A stretch of 64,000 nucleotides of DNA. Source: Syntrophales bacterium (GTDB lineage Bacteria > Desulfobacterota > Syntrophia > Syntrophales > UBA2210). The DNA lies in contig CAXXKT010000003.1 of NCBI GenBank assembly GCA_963662405.2, positions 384,001 to 448,000 of the forward strand. The letters are read 5' to 3'. The position numbers were made by a program, and so were the translations under genes. The first letter of the stretch is position 1. The number at the start of each line of letters is the position of its first letter. The notes under the pieces are model-generated. The model was given only the letters and a program-made list of their open reading frames with translations, searched no databases and was not told the DNA's origin. Below, in pieces: positions 56,007 to 64,000 of this stretch.

Positions 56007-56246
56007 ATGACCGCGAATCTTGACGAAAAAATCAAGGCTATTATTATTGAACAATTGGATATCACAGAGGAAGAGTGCATTCCTGCTGCTGCGTTTATCG
56101 ATGACCTCGGGGCCGATTCCCTCGACATAGTGGAACTGATTATGGCGATGGAGGATCACTTCGGGCTGGAGATATCGGATGACGATCTGGAAAAGATCCG
56201 AACCGTCAAGGATATCACCGATTACATCAAGGAAAGAATATCATAG
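56007..56246 (+). CDS. acpP: acyl carrier protein
   Basis: DLGADSLD. Confidence 0.97.
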   Translation: MTANLDEKIKAIIIEQLDITEEECIPAAAFIDDLGADSLDIVELIMAMEDHFGLEISDDDLEKIRTVKDITDYIKERIS

Positions 56247-56248
56247 GT

Positions 56249-57496
56249 ATGATATCAAAACGGAGGGTTGCCATAACAGGCCTCGGAATTGTGAGCCCTC
56301 TCGGTAATTGCCTGGAGGATACCTGGGAGGGAATCTGTTCCGGACGATCCGGTGTCGCGGAGATTACCCGGTTCGACACCGCCGGTTTCAAGACCCGAAT
56401 TGCGGCTGAGGTCAAGGGATTTGATGCCCGAGCCTTTGTCGATGCCAAAGAGTTTCGCAGACTGGATGACTTTATCATCTATGCCCTTGCCGCCTCGGAG
56501 ATGGCACTGCACGATGCCGGCCTGGTGATAGGCGATAGAAATGCCGAGCGGGTCGGGGTGATCCTGGGGTCCGCAATCGGGGGGTTGACGACTATCGAAA
56601 AGGAGAAGGAAATCCTCCTCAATCAGGGGCCGGGGAAAATCTCCCCCTTTACCGTTCCGGCGATATTGGCCAATCTGGCGGGGGGGCAGGTATCCATTCG
56701 TTTTGGTGCCAAGGGGCCCATCAACTGTTCCGTCACGGCGTGTGCCGCCGGGAACAGTGCCATCACCGATTCGTTTCGGACGATAGCCGGTGGATACGCG
56801 GACGCGATGATCACCGGCGGTACGGACGCGGCCATTGCGCCCTTGGCCGTTGCGGCATTCGGAGCCATGAGAGCGATATCGACACGAAACGATGAGCCGC
56901 AGCGGGCGAGTCGCCCCTTTGATAATGAGAGAGACGGGTTTGTCATCGGCGAGGGGTGCGGTGTCATCATTCTCGAAGAGATGTCGTGTGCCCTCGATCG
57001 GGGAGCCCGCATCTATGCCGAACTCGTGGGAGCAGCCTCGACATCCGATGCCTTTCACATGGCGGCGCCTCCCCCCGGACATGACGGGGCCGTGAGGTGT
57101 ATGCGGCTCGCCCTCCAGGATGCTGGTATGAAACCCGCGGATATCGATTATATCAACACGCACGGTACCTCTACCCCCCTGAACGACAGCGCTGAAACGT
57201 TAGCGATCAAGGAGGTCTTCGGCGAGCACAGTTCCACGGTCGCGATCAGCTCGACCAAATCGATGACAGGTCACATGCTGGGGGCTGCGGGAGGGGCCGA
57301 GGCCATCTTCTCGATCAAGGCCCTCCGGGAAGGGGTGATTCCGCCGACGATCAACCTGGATCATCCCGATCCGGTGTGCGATCTGGATTATACGCCGCAC
57401 CGGGCAATACGCAGGGAGATCAAGACCGCCATGTCGAACGCCTTCGGGTTCGGCGGGGTCAATTCAGTTTTGATATTCAAGAGGTTTGAAGGTTGA
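56249..57496 (+). CDS. fabF: 3-oxoacyl-ACP synthase II
   Basis: TACA, HGTST, GHMLG, FGFGG. Confidence 0.96.
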   Translation: MISKRRVAITGLGIVSPLGNCLEDTWEGICSGRSGVAEITRFDTAGFKTRIAAEVKGFDARAFVDAKEFRRLDDFIIYALAASEMALHDAGLVIGDRNAERVGVILGSAIGGLTTIEKEKEILLNQGPGKISPFTVPAILANLAGGQVSIRFGAKGPINCSVTACAAGNSAITDSFRTIAGGYADAMITGGTDAAIAPLAVAAFGAMRAISTRNDEPQRASRPFDNERDGFVIGEGCGVIILEEMSCALDRGARIYAELVGAASTSDAFHMAAPPPGHDGAVRCMRLALQDAGMKPADIDYINTHGTSTPLNDSAETLAIKEVFGEHSSTVAISSTKSMTGHMLGAAGGAEAIFSIKALREGVIPPTINLDHPDPVCDLDYTPHRAIRREIKTAMSNAFGFGGVNSVLIFKRFEG

Positions 57497-57942
57497 AAGA
57501 CGCTATTCTGAAGATTATCATCGGTTCCGATCATGCCGGGTTCGCCTTGAAGGAGGAACTGAAGAAGGCCGTTGCCGGGATGAAGGATATCGGTACCGAC
57601 GGCGAGGATTCGGTAGATTATCCCGATTTTGGTGCCCGGGTGGCCCGCGCGGTCTCATCGGGGGCCTTTGAGCGGGGGATCCTGGTCTGCGGTTCCGGTG
57701 TGGGAATGTCGATTGTTGCAAATAAATTCGCCGGTGTCAGGGCGGCCCTCTGTACGGACGTAGAAACGGCCCGCCTGAGCAGGATGCATAACGACGCCAA
57801 CGTCCTCGTTCTTGCCGGTCGGCGCACCGATACGAAAACAGCCGTGGCTATCGCGGAGGTGTGGCTGGCGACCCCTTTCGAAGGAGGGCGACACGAACGG
57901 AGGATCGATAAGATACGGAAAATTGAGGAGGAATTAAGATAA
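57493..57942 (+). CDS. rpiB: ribose 5-phosphate isomerase B
   Basis: GSDHAG, DYPD, CGSGVG, HNDAN. Confidence 0.95.
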   Translation: MKDAILKIIIGSDHAGFALKEELKKAVAGMKDIGTDGEDSVDYPDFGARVARAVSSGAFERGILVCGSGVGMSIVANKFAGVRAALCTDVETARLSRMHNDANVLVLAGRRTDTKTAVAIAEVWLATPFEGGRHERRIDKIRKIEEELR

Positions 57943-59186
57943 TGTCCATATTGCAGAAAACGGATCCGGAAATCGCCCGGGCCATAAGTGATGAAACAGG
58001 GCGACAGGCCGGCAAGCTCGAACTGATTGCATCGGAAAATTTCGTAAGCGAGGCGGTCCTCGAGGCCCAGGGTTGTATCATGACGAACAAGTATGCGGAG
58101 GGATACCCCGGGAAGCGATATTACGGTGGATGCGAATTTGTAGACGTCGCCGAGACCCTCGCCAGGGAGCGGGCAAAGAAACTTTTCGGTGCCGATCATG
58201 TCAACGTCCAGCCCCATTCCGGGAGCCAGGCGAATATGGCGGTGTATTTCGCCACCATCCAGCCCGGCGATACGATTCTGGGAATGAATCTCTCTCACGG
58301 TGGTCACCTGACCCACGGAAGCCCCGTCAACTTTTCGGGGAGGCTCTACAATGTCGTTTCGTACGGCGTGGACAGGGAGACGGAGACCATCGACTTCAAC
58401 GAGGTCGAGGCCCAGGCCAAAAAACACAGGCCCAAGATTATCGTCGTCGGTGCGAGTGCCTATCCACGAACAATTGATTTCCAGTCCTTCCGTGAGATAG
58501 CGGACAAGGTCGGAGCGGTTATCATGTCTGATATCGCACACATAGCCGGTCTGGTCGCCGTCGGTTTGCATCCCTCCCCTGTCCCGGTCTGTGAGTTTGT
58601 CACGACGACGACCCACAAGACGCTTCGCGGCCCGCGGGGCGGCATGATCATGTGCAAGGATGAATATGCCAAGGTGCTGGACAGTCGCATTTTCCCCGGG
58701 AGCCAGGGGGGACCGCTGATGCATGTCATTGCGGCCAAGGCGGTGGCCTTTAAGGAGGCCCTCGAACCGGGATTTAAGGAATACCAGACCCAGATCCTGA
58801 AAAACGCTACCGCCCTGGCGGAGACGCTGATGGAAGGGGGGGTCCGTCTCGTTTCGGGAGGGACCGATAACCACCTGATCCTGATCGATCTGACCGATAA
58901 GGGGGTCACGGGAAAAGAGGTTGAAGCGGCGCTTGATCGGGCGGGAATCACCACGAACAAGAACGGCATTCCCTTTGACACCCAGGGGCCCATGGTTACC
59001 AGCGGGATACGACTCGGGACCCCGGCCCTGACGACGCGGGGGATGAAAGAAGGGGAGATGGAAACGATCGGGCGCCTTATCACCTCGATCGTTAACGATG
59101 TCACCAATGAAGACCTCATCGGGAAGGTGAGGGAAGAGGTGACGGCCCTGTGTGAGGCATTCCCTCTGTATCGGGATCGCCTGTAG
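57942..59186 (+). CDS. glyA: serine hydroxymethyltransferase
   Basis: [19 protein letters not shown]. Confidence 0.98.
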   Translation: MSILQKTDPEIARAISDETGRQAGKLELIASENFVSEAVLEAQGCIMTNKYAEGYPGKRYYGGCEFVDVAETLARERAKKLFGADHVNVQPHSGSQANMAVYFATIQPGDTILGMNLSHGGHLTHGSPVNFSGRLYNVVSYGVDRETETIDFNEVEAQAKKHRPKIIVVGASAYPRTIDFQSFREIADKVGAVIMSDIAHIAGLVAVGLHPSPVPVCEFVTTTTHKTLRGPRGGMIMCKDEYAKVLDSRIFPGSQGGPLMHVIAAKAVAFKEALEPGFKEYQTQILKNATALAETLMEGGVRLVSGGTDNHLILIDLTDKGVTGKEVEAALDRAGITTNKNGIPFDTQGPMVTSGIRLGTPALTTRGMKEGEMETIGRLITSIVNDVTNEDLIGKVREEVTALCEAFPLYRDRL

Positions 59187-59254
59187 GATAACCGTTGTTT
59201 CCTCATATTTCCGCCGTGACTATGAGAGAATGACGGCACAAGGAACGGCGAACA

Positions 59255-59713
59255 ATGAAATCTGAAGTGCGGATCGAACGTCCCTCGTGGGATCAGTATT
59301 TCATGGATATCGTGGAGTTGATTTCGAAGCGCTCCACCTGTCTGCGACGGAAGGTCGGCGCCATCCTGGTGAGGGATAAACGGATACTGGCGACGGGATA
59401 CAACGGTCCGCCGGCGGGGATCACCCACTGCTCGGAAGTCGGGTGTTTGCGGGACGAACTGAACGTTCCCTCGGGCCAGCGGCATGAGCTGTGCCGCGGG
59501 CTTCATGCCGAACAGAACGCTATTATCCAGGCCGCGCTCCATGGGGTGAGTACAAAGGGGGCGACGATCTACTGTACCAATCACCCCTGTATCATATGTG
59601 CCAAGATGATCATCAATTCAGGGATCGATTCCTTCGTCTACAAGGAGAAGTATCAGGACGAACTTGCCCGGGAGATGCTTCGGGAGGCGGGCGTAGAGGG
59701 GAGAATGTTATGA
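59255..59713 (+). CDS. deoxycytidylate deaminase family protein
   Basis: RPSWD, HAEQN, PCIIC. Confidence 0.92.
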   Translation: MKSEVRIERPSWDQYFMDIVELISKRSTCLRRKVGAILVRDKRILATGYNGPPAGITHCSEVGCLRDELNVPSGQRHELCRGLHAEQNAIIQAALHGVSTKGATIYCTNHPCIICAKMIINSGIDSFVYKEKYQDELAREMLREAGVEGRML

Positions 59714-60168
59714 ACTGTCCTTTCTGTTCAAACGGGGAGAACAAGGTGATTGACTCGCGCATCAGCAGAGACGGCACCGCGATACGGCGGAGGAGAGAGT
59801 GCCTGAATTGCAAGAAACGTTTCACCACGTACGAATATGTGGAGGATGTTATCCCTGTTGTCGTCAAAAAGGACGGCAGAAGGGAAGAGTTTGATCGAAC
59901 AAAGATCTTCGTGGGGTTGAAGAAGGCATGTGAGAAACGCCCGATCAGCATAGAAGCCATAGAGGGTGCGGTTGACAGGATCGAGCAGGAGTGTCAGGAA
60001 CTCCAGATGAAAGAGATTCCCACAAGTGTCATCGGCGAAAAGATCATGACGGTTCTCCATGATCTCGATGCGGTTGCCTATGTCAGGTTTGCCTCCGTGT
60101 ACCGCGAGTTTCGGGATGTGAATGAATTTATGGAAGAATTGAAGGGGTTTCTTAAAAAGGACGGCTGA
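59710..60168 (+). CDS. nrdR: transcriptional repressor NrdR
   Basis: CPFC..VIDSR..RRRREC..RFTTYE, ATP cone. Confidence 0.96.
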   Translation: MNCPFCSNGENKVIDSRISRDGTAIRRRRECLNCKKRFTTYEYVEDVIPVVVKKDGRREEFDRTKIFVGLKKACEKRPISIEAIEGAVDRIEQECQELQMKEIPTSVIGEKIMTVLHDLDAVAYVRFASVYREFRDVNEFMEELKGFLKKDG

Positions 60169-60803
60169 TGTTTACCGGGATTGTTGAAGACGTGGGTATT
60201 GTGCGAGAGGTAACCCGGAGGGGTAATGACGCCATCCTTGCCGTCAATACCTCAATGGACCTGAGTGCCGTCAAGATCGGAGACAGCATTGCGGTGAGCG
60301 GGGCCTGTCTGACGGTTGTATCCCTCGCGAATGGCTGTTTTTCCGCAGATGTGTCGGCGGAGACCCTAGCACGTACAATCTTAAAGCAATCGAAGGCGGG
60401 GGACCGTGTAAATCTGGAACGGGCCCTGACCTTGAATACGCCCCTGGGCGGGCATTTCGTCCTCGGGCACGTCGATTGTGTCGGTCATATTCGTGAGCGA
60501 AAAGAACAATCAAACTCCATCATATTCGGGATCGAGATCGAAGAGGAGATAGGCAGGTATATCGTCGCAAAGGGTTCAGTCGCGGTCGATGGTATCAGCC
60601 TCACCGTTAACCGATATGAAAACAGCAGATTTTATGTTAATATCATCCCTCATACCGCCCGTGAGACGACTCTCCGCTTCAAGAAGGCCGGAGAGCAAGT
60701 GAACGTGGAGACCGATATCCTGGGTAAGTATGTTGAGCGGTTTCTCCGTCCCGGCGTGGGAATCGATGAGAATTTCCTCGCGAAGTATGGATTTTTGAAG
60801 TAG
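60168..60803 (+). CDS. ribE: riboflavin synthase alpha chain
   Basis: MFTGIVE, GDSIAV.G.CLT, KGSVAVDGISLT. Confidence 0.96.
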   Translation: MFTGIVEDVGIVREVTRRGNDAILAVNTSMDLSAVKIGDSIAVSGACLTVVSLANGCFSADVSAETLARTILKQSKAGDRVNLERALTLNTPLGGHFVLGHVDCVGHIRERKEQSNSIIFGIEIEEEIGRYIVAKGSVAVDGISLTVNRYENSRFYVNIIPHTARETTLRFKKAGEQVNVETDILGKYVERFLRPGVGIDENFLAKYGFLK

Positions 60804-60838
60804 TACGGCAATAAAAAACATGAGGTAAAGGAATCAAA

Positions 60839-62038
60839 ATGGTTAGTACAATACAAGAGGCCATTGAAGATATCAAAAATGGCAAGATGGTGATACTGGT
60901 CGACGATGAAGACCGGGAGAATGAGGGAGATTTGTGCATGGCCGCTGAGCACATTACGGCGGATGCCATCAATTTTATGGCGACGCATGGCAGAGGTTTG
61001 ATCTGTCTCTCCATGGCGGGTGAGTTGGCGGATAAATTGGAACTTCCCCTGATGACGAGGAATAACGAATCACGGTTCGGGACGGCCTTTACCATTTCGA
61101 TTGAAGCACGGACGGGGGTGACCACCGGTATCTCGGCGAAGGATCGGGCGACGACGATCCTGACGGCGGTTGACGACGGAGCCAGATCCGGTGATCTGGT
61201 CAGCCCGGGGCATGTTTTCCCCATACGGGCCCGCAAGGGGGGTGTCTTGGTCCGGACGGGACAGACCGAAGGGTCGGTGGACCTGGCCCGGCTGGCATAT
61301 CTCAAGCCCGCGGGAGTTATCTGCGAGATAATGAAGGAAGATGGTACCATGGCGAGGATGCCCGATCTTGAGCTGTTCGCCAAGGAGCACGGCATCAAGA
61401 TCGTTACCATCGCCGACTTGATCGATTTCAGGATGCAGCATGAGCGGCTCATACGGAGGACCGCCGAGGCAAGTCTTCCGACCAAATACGGGGGAGAATT
61501 CAGGATCATTGTGTATGAAAACGATGTGGACGACATGAAGCATATCGCCCTCGTCAAAGGAGATATCAACCCCGATGATGAGGTGCTCGTCCGGGTACAT
61601 TCCGAGTGCGTCACCGGTGACCTTTTCGGTTCGCTCCGCTGTGATTGCGGTGATCAGCTCCACAAGGCCATGGAGATGGTGGAGGAGGAAGGGAAGGGGG
61701 TCATCGTTTATATGCATCAGGAGGGGAGGGGCATCGGAATAGTGAACAAGGTCCGTGCCTATGACCTCCAGGAGAAGGGGCGCGATACCGTCGAGGCGAA
61801 TCTTGAGCTGGGATTCAAGGAAGATCTCCGGGATTACGGGATCGGGGCGCAGATCCTCGTTGATTTGGGGGTCAGGAAGATGCGCCTCATGACCAATAAT
61901 CCCAAAAAGATCGTCGGGGTCGAGGGGTACGGTGTGACGGTGGTCGAACGGGTTCCGGTCGAGATTGAGCCGAATGAGAGCAACGTTCGCTATCTGAAGA
62001 CGAAAAAAGAAAAAATGGGGCATTTACTGGAAATATAG
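60839..62038 (+). CDS. ribBA: bifunctional DHBP synthase / GTP cyclohydrolase II
   Basis: [23 protein letters not shown]. Confidence 0.97.
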   Translation: MVSTIQEAIEDIKNGKMVILVDDEDRENEGDLCMAAEHITADAINFMATHGRGLICLSMAGELADKLELPLMTRNNESRFGTAFTISIEARTGVTTGISAKDRATTILTAVDDGARSGDLVSPGHVFPIRARKGGVLVRTGQTEGSVDLARLAYLKPAGVICEIMKEDGTMARMPDLELFAKEHGIKIVTIADLIDFRMQHERLIRRTAEASLPTKYGGEFRIIVYENDVDDMKHIALVKGDINPDDEVLVRVHSECVTGDLFGSLRCDCGDQLHKAMEMVEEEGKGVIVYMHQEGRGIGIVNKVRAYDLQEKGRDTVEANLELGFKEDLRDYGIGAQILVDLGVRKMRLMTNNPKKIVGVEGYGVTVVERVPVEIEPNESNVRYLKTKKEKMGHLLEI

Positions 62039-62129
62039 CGATGACGACTTCGGCTGTGGGTGTCTTTGCCGCGATGTCTCAACCGGTCGGTCCGCGCCGA
62101 AGCTGTCGGAAATGGGTGGAGAGAGAGCT

Positions 62130-62594
62130 ATGCCGAAAATCATAGAAGGGAAGATCGTTGCCAAGGGGCTGAAATTCGGGATCGTGGCCAGCCGGTTTAA
62201 TGATTTTATCTGCGGGAAACTCATCGAGGGGGCACTGGATGCCCTGAAACGGGCAGGTGCGGATGAAAAGGATATCAGCCTTGTCCGGGTTCCCGGTGCC
62301 TTTGAGATCCCACTCATTTCAAAGAGACTTGCCAAAAGCGGTTCGTTTGACGCGATCATATGCCTGGGGGCTGTCATACGGGGTTCCACGCCACATTTTG
62401 AGTATGTCAGCGCCGAGGTTTCCAAAGGCGTTGCACTGGTGACGCTGGAAACGGAAACGCCGGTCGCATTCGGCATTATTACCTCTGACACGTTGGAACA
62501 GGCCATTGAGCGGGCCGGGACCAAGTCGGGGAATAAGGGGTGGGATGCCGCCATATCAGCCATTGAGATGGCCAATCTTATGCAGCTGGTATAA
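62130..62594 (+). CDS. ribH: 6,7-dimethyl-8-ribityllumazine synthase
   Basis: [19 protein letters not shown]. Confidence 0.97.
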   Translation: MPKIIEGKIVAKGLKFGIVASRFNDFICGKLIEGALDALKRAGADEKDISLVRVPGAFEIPLISKRLAKSGSFDAIICLGAVIRGSTPHFEYVSAEVSKGVALVTLETETPVAFGIITSDTLEQAIERAGTKSGNKGWDAAISAIEMANLMQLV

Positions 62595-62624
62595 CAAATC
62601 CCAGTATTCAACCCGAGGGAATTA

Positions 62625-63044
62625 ATGGGTCATAGAAGAAAGGCACGGGAGATCGCCTTACAGGTTCTCTACCAAATTGATGTTACCAAGATCGATTCCG
62701 ATGAGGCCATCGATCTCTTTCGGGATAACTTCGGGATGTCCGAGGAGACGGCGGAATTCTCCACGCAGTTGATCCAGTGCACCCTGGCCCACCTGAATGA
62801 AATCGACGAACTGATAAAGAGCTGTTCCCAGCACTGGTCACTGGAGCGGATGTCGAAGGTAGACCGAAATATTCTCAGAACGGCGGTCTGCGAATTTCTC
62901 TATTTTGATGATATCCCCCCAAAGGTAACCCTCAACGAAGCGATCGATATTGGGAAGAATTACGGCTCGGATAATTCGGGCTCTTTCATAAATGGTATCC
63001 TTGATGCCATGTATGTACAACTCTGGGGAAAAGATGAAGATTAA
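62625..63044 (+). CDS. nusB: transcription antitermination factor NusB
   Basis: RRKARE.ALQ.LY, DRNILR, FINGILD. Confidence 0.96.
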   Translation: MGHRRKAREIALQVLYQIDVTKIDSDEAIDLFRDNFGMSEETAEFSTQLIQCTLAHLNEIDELIKSCSQHWSLERMSKVDRNILRTAVCEFLYFDDIPPKVTLNEAIDIGKNYGSDNSGSFINGILDAMYVQLWGKDED

Positions 63045-63606
63045 GGTGTCGTCCGGGTCGATCGATATGTTGGCGTATGACGGCCTGGCCTTCGGTTTTT
63101 TCTCCGATGAACGTCCTCCGAGAGGGTATTGTGGCCTTGTCGATTGGCGCTTAAACGGATTGATATCCAACCTGATCGCCGCAGAAAAACTCACCGGTGC
63201 CTTTATGGAAAAGGTGCTTATTTCCACAAACTACCGTATTCCTTCCCCCAAGATACTCCTTGTAGGGTTGGGGGAATCGACCCAATTGACATATGAAAAA
63301 TTGTACACCGTCGGGTATTCTACGCGCCAGACGCTGATGGGGATGGAGTGTGTTGATTTTGCCTTTGATATACCTGTTTCGGACAGATGTGACTTGGCGG
63401 TTCCCCGGATGACCGTGGCGATGGTGTCGGGAGTTGTCGAATCCGGGGGTATGGGACAGGGGGATGATGTCTCAGACCTCGTTGTATTGGGCAGCAGGCT
63501 GTTTTTTGATGAGATTGTCCTGGGAATGCACGAGTTCAAGGTCAGCGTCAAGGGGAGCATTTCCGTTGATATTATAGCTGATGAGGGGCGGGCGGAGGCG
63601 GAATAG
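63034..63606 (+). CDS. M17 peptidase N-terminal-like hypothetical protein
   Basis: DERP..G..GLVDWRL.G..KILLVGLG. Confidence 0.65.
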   Translation: MKIKVSSGSIDMLAYDGLAFGFFSDERPPRGYCGLVDWRLNGLISNLIAAEKLTGAFMEKVLISTNYRIPSPKILLVGLGESTQLTYEKLYTVGYSTRQTLMGMECVDFAFDIPVSDRCDLAVPRMTVAMVSGVVESGGMGQGDDVSDLVVLGSRLFFDEIVLGMHEFKVSVKGSISVDIIADEGRAEAE

Positions 63607-63608
63607 CC

Positions 63609-64000
63609 ATGAGGGTCATTGTAATCGGAGCCGGTGAAGTCGGCTACAATATTGCGGATATCCTCTCCAAAGAAGGGAACGATATCATCATTATCGATAC
63701 GAACGAGGAACGCCTGAAAAGCATCTCGGAGAATCTGGATGTGCAGACGATCACCGGGAGCGGGAGCAGCCCTCAGGTACTGAAAAAGGCGAAACTCAGC
63801 CAGGCGGAAATGGTGGTTGCCGTTACCGACAGCGATGAGACCAACATCGTGGCGTGTCTCCTCGCCTCCGCACAATCCACGTCTCCCTTCAAGATTGCAC
63901 GCATACGGAACCCCGATCTGAACAGAGAATCGGCCCTCTTCGACAAGGCCCATCTCAATATCGACCTGTGTATCAATCCGGAGCGGGAGGCGGTCAACGA
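63609..64000 (+). CDS. trkA: Trk potassium uptake NAD-binding subunit (partial, runs off window)
   Basis: MRVIVIGAGEVG..AVTDSDETN..KIARIRN. Confidence 0.92.
   Translation, partial: MRVIVIGAGEVGYNIADILSKEGNDIIIIDTNEERLKSISENLDVQTITGSGSSPQVLKKAKLSQAEMVVAVTDSDETNIVACLLASAQSTSPFKIARIRNPDLNRESALFDKAHLNIDLCINPEREAVN

Noticed and set aside
1..64000. Many long antisense or alternate-frame ORFs (e.g. 19676-20914, 27194-28627, 57618-58874, 58460-59584)
   Set aside because: They shadow well-supported genes, lack motifs, and are expected in GC-rich coding DNA
1..64000. CRISPR array or cas genes
   Set aside because: No regularly spaced repeats with unique spacers; the repeats seen are coding or segmental duplications

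Overview
This is a bacterial window, most likely from a Deltaproteobacterium/Desulfobacterota-like anaerobe (inferred from gene content). Positions ~1-53046 are the right part of a large integrative element inserted at the 3' end of tRNA-Glu(CTC); the other att end is not in the window. From left to right it carries: (1) a leading-region-like cassette (DUF2958, GHKL ATPase, ArdC-like); (2) signalling genes (PAS-GGDEF, CheB/CheR-PAS, PAS kinase); (3) a near-complete Serratia 39006-type gas vesicle cluster in permuted order, with sigma-54 promoters and a gvpA-gvpC duplication; (4) two HD-GYP genes; (5) a divergent envelope-protein operon; (6) an uncharacterised module. That module is XRE HTH, a sigma-like HTH protein, an anti-sigma-like protein, a Lon-type Ser-Lys protease lacking an AAA domain, four paralogous ~180-aa helical domains and a HerA/VirD4-like ATPase, with a shared TGAAACAAT-N12-TCCGCTT promoter-like motif. 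The module is interrupted by a putative defence cassette (MBL hydrolase + E2-E1-JAB fusion, TM protein, broken second MBL) and followed by an AEP primase, an excisionase-like HTH and a tyrosine integrase. After tRNA-Glu and tRNA-Gln come core genes: yceD, rpmF, fabD, fabG, acpP, fabF, rpiB, glyA, dCMP deaminase, nrdR, ribE, ribBA, ribH, nusB, a hypothetical and trkA (partial). All calls are by eye from motifs and gene context; no database searches were run.
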